Shown: positions 57,697-64,000 of the stretch, piece by piece | Numbering within the stretch: position 1 is the first letter of the stretch | Layout: every line of letters starts with the position of its first letter | Source of the DNA: an uncultured Mycoplasmatota bacterium | GTDB taxonomy: Bacteria; Bacillota_I; Bacilli_A; RF39; UBA660 | Assembly (NCBI GenBank): GCA_948434005.1 | Contig: CAOJEH010000005.1 | Coordinates: 23,372-87,371 of the forward strand | Reading direction: 5' to 3' | DNA: 64,000 nucleotides | Translations under genes and position numbers: made by a program | Notes under the pieces: generated by a model | Told to the model about the DNA's origin: nothing | What the model saw: only the letters and a program-made list of their open reading frames with translations | The model's database searches: none

Positions 57697-58227
57697 ATGA
57701 GCCGTATTGGAAATCGTATAATTAAAGTACCTGAAGGTGTTACTGTTACAGAAGCAGATGGAGAAGTTACAGTAAAAGGACCTAAAGGTGAATTAAAACA
57801 AGTAATGTTAAAAGATATTACTATGAAACAAGAGAATGATGAAATAGTTTTAGAACGTAAAAATGAAGCAGCAAAAGCAATGCATGGTACAATGAATTCT
57901 TTAATTACTAATATGATTATTGGAGTTACAAAAGGTTATGAAAAAGCTTTAGAGATTGTTGGTGTTGGTTATCGTTTTAATGTTCAAGGAAAGAAACTAG
58001 TAATAAATGCCGGTTATTCACACCCAGTTGAAATGGTAATTCCTGAAGGATTAACTGTAACAGCTGAGAGTAATACTGAAATAACTGTTAAAGGTATTGA
58101 TAAAGTATTAGTTGGAGAATTTGCAGCTAATATAAGAAAGGTAAGAAAACCTGAACCATATAAAGGTAAAGGAATTCGTTATAAAGACGAACATATTCGT
58201 CGTAAAGAAGGAAAGAAAGCTGCTTAA
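57697..58227 (+). CDS. rplF: 50S ribosomal protein L6
   Basis: MSRIGNRIIKVPEGV...PEPYKGKGIRY is an L6 sequence. Confidence 0.97.
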   Translation: MSRIGNRIIKVPEGVTVTEADGEVTVKGPKGELKQVMLKDITMKQENDEIVLERKNEAAKAMHGTMNSLITNMIIGVTKGYEKALEIVGVGYRFNVQGKKLVINAGYSHPVEMVIPEGLTVTAESNTEITVKGIDKVLVGEFAANIRKVRKPEPYKGKGIRYKDEHIRRKEGKKAA

Positions 58228-58255
58228 TATAGGTAGATAGAAGGGAGAAATAATT

Positions 58256-58618
58256 ATGATAAAAAAAGAATCTCGTAATAGTATGCGTGTAGTACGTCAT
58301 GAAAGAATTCGTTCTAAAATAATGGGTACAGCACAAATACCAAGATTATGTGTATTTCGTTCAAATAAAGAAATTTATGCACAAATTATAGATGACGAGG
58401 CTAAAACTACTCTTTGTTCTGCTTCAACTCTTGATAAAGACCTAAAAATAAAAAATGGAAGTAATATTGAGGCAGCTAAAGTTGTTGGAGAGGCAATCGC
58501 AAAGAAAGCTTCAAAAGCAAAAATTACAAAAGTAGTATTTGATAGAGGTGGATATCTTTATCATGGTCGTGTAAAAGCATTAGCAGATGCTGCACGTGAA
58601 AATGGATTAGAATTCTAA
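58256..58618 (+). CDS. rplR: 50S ribosomal protein L18
   Basis: [11 protein letters not shown]...[19 protein letters not shown]...[21 protein letters not shown] is an L18 sequence. Confidence 0.97.
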   Translation: MIKKESRNSMRVVRHERIRSKIMGTAQIPRLCVFRSNKEIYAQIIDDEAKTTLCSASTLDKDLKIKNGSNIEAAKVVGEAIAKKASKAKITKVVFDRGGYLYHGRVKALADAARENGLEF

Positions 58619-58630
58619 TAGGAGGGTATT

Positions 58631-59140
58631 ATGCAAAAAAGAGCACAAGAAGGTAAAGACAAGACTTTAGAAGAATTAGTAATTGAGATTAAAAGCGTTG
58701 TTAAAGTTACTAAAGGTGGACGTCAAAGAAGATTCTCTGCTATAGTCGTTGTCGGAGATAGAAAAGGTCGTGTTGGATTAGGTATTGGTAAAGCAAATGA
58801 AGTACCTGATGCAATTAAAAAAGCTATTCAAGATGCTAATAAGAATTTAGTTAGAATACCTTTAATTGATGGAAGAACAGTTGCTCATGAAGCTATCGGA
58901 ACAGCTGGTGCTGCAAGAGTTATATTAAAACCTGCTGCCGCTGGTACTGGAGTTATTGCTGGTGGATCTGTTCGTGCCGTTCTTGAATTAGCTGGAGTTC
59001 GTGATATTGTTTCAAAGTCCCTTGGAGCGAGAACTAAATTAAATATGGCAAGAGCTGCGTTAAATGCACTTAAGTCTATTAAGACACCTGAAGAAGTTGC
59101 AAAATTACGTGGTAAAACAGTAGAGGAGATATTAGGATAA
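58631..59140 (+). CDS. rpsE: 30S ribosomal protein S5
   Basis: [32 protein letters not shown] is an S5 sequence. Confidence 0.97.
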   Translation: MQKRAQEGKDKTLEELVIEIKSVVKVTKGGRQRRFSAIVVVGDRKGRVGLGIGKANEVPDAIKKAIQDANKNLVRIPLIDGRTVAHEAIGTAGAARVILKPAAAGTGVIAGGSVRAVLELAGVRDIVSKSLGARTKLNMARAALNALKSIKTPEEVAKLRGKTVEEILG

Positions 59141-59583
59141 TGAAGTTACATGAATTAGAAAAAAATATTGGCGCTACACATAGAAAAAAACGTCTAGGAT
59201 GTGGACGTGGAAGTGGCCTTGGAAAGACTTCAGGAAAAGGTCAAAAGGGACAAAAAGCACGTAGTGGTGTAAGTATAAGTCCAGTATTTGAAGGTGGACA
59301 ATTACCATTATATAGAAGGCTTCCAAAAAGAGGTTTTACAAATCATATGTTTAAGACTGAATATGCAGTAATTAATGTATCAGCTTTAAATAGATTTGAT
59401 AATGGTACAGTAGTTACTCCAGCATTATTAAAGGATAAGGGAATAATTAAGAATCAATTAAGTGGAATTAAAGTACTTGGTGATGGTAAATTAGAGAAGA
59501 AAATAACTATTCAAGCTCATAAATTTACTAAGAGTGCTTTAGAGAAGATTAAAGAGTCAGGAAGTAAAGCTGAGGTGATTTAG
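59140..59583 (+). CDS. rplO: 50S ribosomal protein L15
   Basis: MKLHEL...GRGSGLGKTSGKGQKGQKARSG. Its ATG overlaps the S5 stop (TAATG). Confidence 0.96.
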   Translation: MKLHELEKNIGATHRKKRLGCGRGSGLGKTSGKGQKGQKARSGVSISPVFEGGQLPLYRRLPKRGFTNHMFKTEYAVINVSALNRFDNGTVVTPALLKDKGIIKNQLSGIKVLGDGKLEKKITIQAHKFTKSALEKIKESGSKAEVI

Positions 59584-59584
59584 T

Positions 59585-60856
59585 ATGTTTAGAGTCATGA
59601 AGCAATTATTTACTTCAACAAATAAAGACTTGAGACATAGAATTTATTTTACACTAGGAGCATTATTAATATTTATTTTAGGTATTTCTGTTAGAGTACC
59701 TGGAACAGAAGATTTAGGGAAAAACCTTGGTTTCTTGGAACTTCTAAATACTATGGGTGGAGGAGCTATGAAAAACTTCTCAATATTTGCTCTAGGTGTT
59801 ATGCCATACATTACGGCATCAATAGTAATGCAATTATTACAAATGGATATAATTCCATATTTTACAGAATTAAATAAACAAGGACCAACGGGTAGACAAA
59901 AGATTAATCAAATAACAAGGTATATTGGTATCGCTTTTGCCTTTATAGAAGGTTATGCATTTGCATTTGCTTTTATAGGTAAAAATGGTGATCCATTAGA
60001 GTATATGTATATTTCTACAGTATTAACTGCAGGAACTGCATTCTTGTTATGGTTAGGTGATCAAATAACACAAAAAGGAATTGGTAATGGTATTAGTTTA
60101 ATAATTATGGCAGGTATTATTGCAACTCTTCCTCAAATGTTTGTAACCGCTTTTCAAAGTTTAGTTACTTTTGATACAGCACAAGTTGCAGCATTAGGAA
60201 TTGCAAAATTTACATTATTTGTAATAGTATATTTTGCTATTGTAATTGGAATGATTTTTGTACAAGAGTCAGAAAGAAGAATTCCTATACAATATGCTAA
60301 TAAATCAACTTCTGCTTATGGTAAGGCAGGACAATCATTTATGCCAATAAAGATTAATACAGCCGGAGTTATTCCAGTAATATTTGCATCTAGTTTGGCT
60401 TCTGTACCAGGTGTTATTGCAAGTGTTGTTAAGAATGAGAAATTCTCAGTAATAGTTTCTAAGTATTTATCATATACAACTCCAGTAGGTTTTATAATAT
60501 ATGTATTATTAATATTCTTCTTTGCATATTTTTATACATTTATTCAATTAAAACCAGAGGAATTTGCAAAAAACTTACAAGATAATGGTGGTTATATTCC
60601 AGGAGTTAGACCAGGTGAAGAAACTAAAAAGCATTTAAGTAAAGTTCTTTCAAGACTTACAGTTTTGGGAGCTACATTCTTAGTAGTAATAGCAGGTATA
60701 CCAATCTTATTTTCAAATTTTACTAGTTTACCAACAACTGTTTCTATTGGAGGAACCGGACTTTTAATTGTTGTAGGTGTTGCACTTGAAACATATAAGC
60801 AATTAGAAGGTAGTATTCTAGCAAGGAATTATAAGAGGGGCTATAGAAGAAAATGA
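59585..60856 (+). CDS. secY: Preprotein translocase subunit SecY
   Basis: Ten-TM protein with FALGVMPYITASIVMQLL and GISLIIMAGI motifs, in the expected operon position. Confidence 0.96.
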   Translation: MFRVMKQLFTSTNKDLRHRIYFTLGALLIFILGISVRVPGTEDLGKNLGFLELLNTMGGGAMKNFSIFALGVMPYITASIVMQLLQMDIIPYFTELNKQGPTGRQKINQITRYIGIAFAFIEGYAFAFAFIGKNGDPLEYMYISTVLTAGTAFLLWLGDQITQKGIGNGISLIIMAGIIATLPQMFVTAFQSLVTFDTAQVAALGIAKFTLFVIVYFAIVIGMIFVQESERRIPIQYANKSTSAYGKAGQSFMPIKINTAGVIPVIFASSLASVPGVIASVVKNEKFSVIVSKYLSYTTPVGFIIYVLLIFFFAYFYTFIQLKPEEFAKNLQDNGGYIPGVRPGEETKKHLSKVLSRLTVLGATFLVVIAGIPILFSNFTSLPTTVSIGGTGLLIVVGVALETYKQLEGSILARNYKRGYRRK

Positions 60857-61515
60857 AAAGTATAATGTTTATTGCACCGCCAGCTGCCGGTAAAGGTACA
60901 CAGGCAGACTTGGTTATAGAAAAATATAACATACCTCATATATCAACAGGAGATATCCTAAGGGATATATCTAAAGAAGATAGTGAACTTGGTAGTTATG
61001 TTTTAGAAACTTTATCAAGTGGTGGTTTAGTAAAAGATGAGATAACTTATCAATTGATTGAAAATAGACTTAAAAAAGATGATTGTAAAAAGGGATTTGT
61101 AATTGATGGATTCCCTAGAACTTTAGATCAAGCTATAGAATATGGTAAAATACTTGAAAGATTAAATTATTCTATTGGTGAAGTCTTCTTAATTGATATA
61201 GATAAAGATGTCTTAGAAAAAAGAGTTACAGGCAGAAGAATTTGTGAAAACTGTAAAGCTATTTATAATATTAATAGTGAAGATAGTAAACCACAAATAG
61301 AGTCTACTTGTGATGAATGTGGTGGTAGACTTTATCAGAGAAATGATGATAATGTTGAAGCCTTTAATAATAGGTATGAATTATATGAAAAGAAAACAGA
61401 ACCTATTATTAAGTATTATGAAGAAAAAGGTGTTTTATATCACATTGATGGTAATAAATCTATCGATGAGGTATTTAAACAAATAGATGATATTATTAGT
61501 GGAGTTGGTAAGTAA
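60853..61515 (+). CDS. adk: Adenylate kinase (zinc-lid type)
   Basis: GKGTQ, ISTGDILR, GFPRTLDQA and the lid C-x2-C...C-x2-C (CENC...CDEC) are present. The P-loop reads APPAAGKGT rather than GxPGxGKGT. Confidence 0.93.
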   Translation: MKSIMFIAPPAAGKGTQADLVIEKYNIPHISTGDILRDISKEDSELGSYVLETLSSGGLVKDEITYQLIENRLKKDDCKKGFVIDGFPRTLDQAIEYGKILERLNYSIGEVFLIDIDKDVLEKRVTGRRICENCKAIYNINSEDSKPQIESTCDECGGRLYQRNDDNVEAFNNRYELYEKKTEPIIKYYEEKGVLYHIDGNKSIDEVFKQIDDIISGVGK

Positions 61516-62273
61516 TGATTACTTTAAAAAGTAAAAGAGAAATCGAACTTATGAGAACAGCTGGTAATATAGTTTATAAAACTCACCAATACTTAAAACC
61601 CTATTTAAAAGAGGGAATAACAACAAAAGAAATAGATGATTTAGCAGCAGACTATATTAAGAGTTTAGATGCTACACCATCTTGTCAAAATTATGAAGGA
61701 TATCCTGCCAATATATGTATATCTATTAATGAAGAAGTAGTACATGGTATTGCTTCTAATAGAAAATTACATAATGGTGACATTGTAACACTTGATATAT
61801 GTGCTTGTTATAAGGGATATCATGGTGATTCTGCTTGGAGTTATCAAATAGGCGAAATAGATGATGAAAAAAAACATTTGATGGAATATACAGAAAAAGC
61901 GTTATTTGTAGGTCTTGAGCAAGTTGCACCTGGTAAAAGAATTGGTGATATAGGAAACGCAATTCAAACTTTTGCAGAAGAAAATGGACTAGGAGTAGTT
62001 AGAGAATTGTGTGGACATGGTATTGGTACTAATTTGCATGAAGATCCAGATGTCCCAAACTTTGGTATTCCAAATACTGGAGTTAAATTAAGGGAAGGTA
62101 TGGTTATAGCAGTAGAACCAATGCTTACAGCAAAAAGTCCAAGAGTAGAACAGTTAGATGATGATTGGACTATTGTAACAATAGATGGTCATCCAGCAGC
62201 TCACTTCGAACATACGGTAGTTGTAACTGCGGATGGATATGAAATCTTGACAGGAGAGTGGAAAGATGGCTAA
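61515..62273 (+). CDS. map: Methionine aminopeptidase type I
   Basis: VHGI, the D..D metal ligands ([17 protein letters not shown]), GHGIG and EPM are present. Confidence 0.95.
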   Translation: MITLKSKREIELMRTAGNIVYKTHQYLKPYLKEGITTKEIDDLAADYIKSLDATPSCQNYEGYPANICISINEEVVHGIASNRKLHNGDIVTLDICACYKGYHGDSAWSYQIGEIDDEKKHLMEYTEKALFVGLEQVAPGKRIGDIGNAIQTFAEENGLGVVRELCGHGIGTNLHEDPDVPNFGIPNTGVKLREGMVIAVEPMLTAKSPRVEQLDDDWTIVTIDGHPAAHFEHTVVVTADGYEILTGEWKDG

Positions 62274-62481
62274 AGAAGATACAATTGAAGTAGAAGGTAA
62301 AGTCCTTGAGATAATACCGGGTGGTAAATTCAAAGTCGAGTTAGAAAACGGACACATTATAGAAGCTCACGTTTCTGGTAAAATACGAATGCACTATATT
62401 CGAATTTTAGCAGGGGATACTGTAATGATAGAATTATCACCTTATGATTTAACACGTGGGCGTATTACCTATCGTAAATGA
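62266..62481 (+). CDS. infA: Translation initiation factor IF-1
   Basis: [13 protein letters not shown]...[30 protein letters not shown] is an IF-1 sequence. Confidence 0.97.
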   Translation: MAKEDTIEVEGKVLEIIPGGKFKVELENGHIIEAHVSGKIRMHYIRILAGDTVMIELSPYDLTRGRITYRK

Positions 62482-62497
62482 AAGGATGAGATGAAAA

Positions 62498-62611
62498 ATG
62501 AAAGTAAAAGCATCAGTAAAGAAGATTTGTCCAAAATGTAAGATTGTTAAACGTAAAGGAAGAATTAGAATAATTTGTGAAAATCCAAAGCACAAACAAA
62601 GACAAGGTTAA
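62498..62611 (+). CDS. rpmJ: 50S ribosomal protein L36
   Basis: It is not in the ORF track because it is too short. Hand translation gives [37 protein letters not shown], with GGATGAG upstream. Confidence 0.93.
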   Translation: MKVKASVKKICPKCKIVKRKGRIRIICENPKHKQRQG

Positions 62612-62627
62612 ATAGGAGGTGTATTGA

Positions 62628-62996
62628 ATGGCACGTATTAAAGGTGTAGATATTCCAAATGATAAACATATTGTTATATCATTAACTTATATCTATGGAA
62701 TTGGTAGAAGTCTTGCTCAAACTATATGTAAAGATGCAGGAGTAGAACCAACTAAAAAAGCAGGAGAGTTAACACAAGATGAATTAATCAAACTTCGTGA
62801 TGAAATTAATAAGTATTTAACTGAAGGTGATTTACGTCGTGAAGTTAATATGAACATTAAGACTAAGATGGAAATTAATTCATATCAAGGAAGTCGTCAT
62901 AAGAAAAAACTACCTGTAAGAGGACAAAGAACAAATCGTAATGCTCGTACTCGTAAGGGTAAAGGTAAAACAGTAGCAAATAAGAAAAAAGTATAG
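62628..62996 (+). CDS. rpsM: 30S ribosomal protein S13
   Basis: [13 protein letters not shown]...LTYIYGIG is an S13 sequence. Confidence 0.97.
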   Translation: MARIKGVDIPNDKHIVISLTYIYGIGRSLAQTICKDAGVEPTKKAGELTQDELIKLRDEINKYLTEGDLRREVNMNIKTKMEINSYQGSRHKKKLPVRGQRTNRNARTRKGKGKTVANKKKV

Positions 62997-63032
62997 TTAA
63001 ATAACTAAATATTAAAAAAGGAGGGTAAACTT

Positions 63033-63416
63033 ATGGCTTATAAAACAAGAAAGAAAAAAGTTAAAAAGAATGTTCCTGAAGGTATAGCTCATATTAGATC
63101 ATCTTTTAATAATACTATAACAACTATTACAGATAAAGAAGGAAATACAATAAGTTGGTCAGCTCCAGGTGCAATTGGTTTTAAGGGAAGTAAAAAATCA
63201 ACACCATATGCTGCAGGTATGGCAGCAGAAGCAGCAGCTAAGGCAGCTTATGATATGGGAATGCGTAAAGTAGAAGTTTATGTAAAAGGATTAGGACCTG
63301 GTCGTGAAACAGCAATTAGATCACTTGCAACTGCAGGTTTAGAAGTAACAGTTATTTATGATGTTACACCAATACCACATAATGGATGTCGTCCACCAAA
63401 AAGACCACGTGGTTAA
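63033..63416 (+). CDS. rpsK: 30S ribosomal protein S11
   Basis: [19 protein letters not shown]...W.S.G..GFKGS.KSTP.AA is an S11 sequence. Confidence 0.97.
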   Translation: MAYKTRKKKVKKNVPEGIAHIRSSFNNTITTITDKEGNTISWSAPGAIGFKGSKKSTPYAAGMAAEAAAKAAYDMGMRKVEVYVKGLGPGRETAIRSLATAGLEVTVIYDVTPIPHNGCRPPKRPRG

Positions 63417-63439
63417 ATAAATTAAGGGAGGTTAGTTTC

Positions 63440-64000
63440 ATGTTACAATTTGAAAAACCAATATATAAAATTACAGATTCTGTAGAAAGCAATTTTTATG
63501 GAAGATTCGAACTTGAACCATTAGAGAGAGGATTTGGTACTACTTTAGGTAATGCGTTAAGACGTGTTATGTTATCATCACTTCCAGGAAGTGCTATAAG
63601 TAGTATTAAAATTGATGGAGTTTTACATGAATTCCAAACAATTGAAGGAGTTTATGAAGATGTTACAACAATTATTTTAAATTTGAAAGGTGTAGTATTT
63701 AAGAATCATTCAAATGAAGCAAAGGTTGTAAGAATTGATGTAGATAAAGAAGGAGAAGTAACTGCAGGAGATATCGATCATGATGCTGATATTGAAATTG
63801 TTAACCCAGATAAGGTTATTGCTACAGTTGCTAAAGGTGGTCACTTAAGCATGGAAATGACTGTAACAAATGGTCGTGGATATGTTAAGAGTGAAGAAAA
63901 TAAGAGATTATATGACTTAAGAAAAGCAGGAGTTATTGCAATTGACTCATTATATTCTCCAATCGAAAGAGTATCATATGAGGTTGGTAGTGCTCGTGTT
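63440..64000 (+). CDS. rpoA: DNA-directed RNA polymerase alpha subunit, 3'-truncated by the window edge
   Basis: ATG 63440 follows AAGGGAGG. MLQFEKP...FELEPLERGFGTTLGNALRRVMLSSLPG is the RpoA N-terminal domain. The frame is still open at base 64000. Confidence 0.95.
   Translation, partial: MLQFEKPIYKITDSVESNFYGRFELEPLERGFGTTLGNALRRVMLSSLPGSAISSIKIDGVLHEFQTIEGVYEDVTTIILNLKGVVFKNHSNEAKVVRIDVDKEGEVTAGDIDHDADIEIVNPDKVIATVAKGGHLSMEMTVTNGRGYVKSEENKRLYDLRKAGVIAIDSLYSPIERVSYEVGSARV

Overview
This is a strongly AT-rich chromosome segment from a low-GC Firmicute using the standard genetic code (UGA acts as a stop). Supporting markers are Spo0A, a FemAB-type transferase, CdaA/CdaR and the Gram-positive S10-spc-alpha gene order. 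All calls rest on reading the ORF translations and the DNA by eye; no database search was run. The left edge holds the end of the str operon (fusA 3' part, tuf). About 48 kb of mixed content follows. The housekeeping genes are murD, eno, secG-rnr-smpB-ssrA, glyA plus a tandem-domain ThyX-like gene, tRNA-Thr, cdaA-cdaR, spo0A and dinB. There is also one ArsR-controlled metal-efflux operon (cadC-cadA-copZ-copA). Two patches look accessory. (i) An islet directly 3' of the tmRNA gene (about 12.4-18.9 kb) carries an APH-like kinase, a histidine phosphatase, a P-loop kinase-like protein, two Nudix hydrolases and two divergent paralogs of an uncharacterised protein. (ii) A locus at about 37.9-48.0 kb is the strongest candidate for something new. 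It has two XRE regulators, then an orphan phage-type lysis cassette (membrane coiled-coil protein, holin, M23 peptidase). A second unit follows, encoding a tail-fibre/collar-like protein and a 2048-aa signal-less DNRLRE/RHS polymorphic toxin with an unrecognisable glycine-rich C-terminal domain. Both units are preceded by the same roughly 87-nt upstream module, and no phage structural or integration genes are present. The right third is the complete S10-spc-alpha ribosomal protein cluster (rpsJ through rpoA, including secY, adk, map, infA and rpmJ), with L30 missing and an acidic tail on L3. No rRNA, CRISPR array, transposase or integrase was seen.
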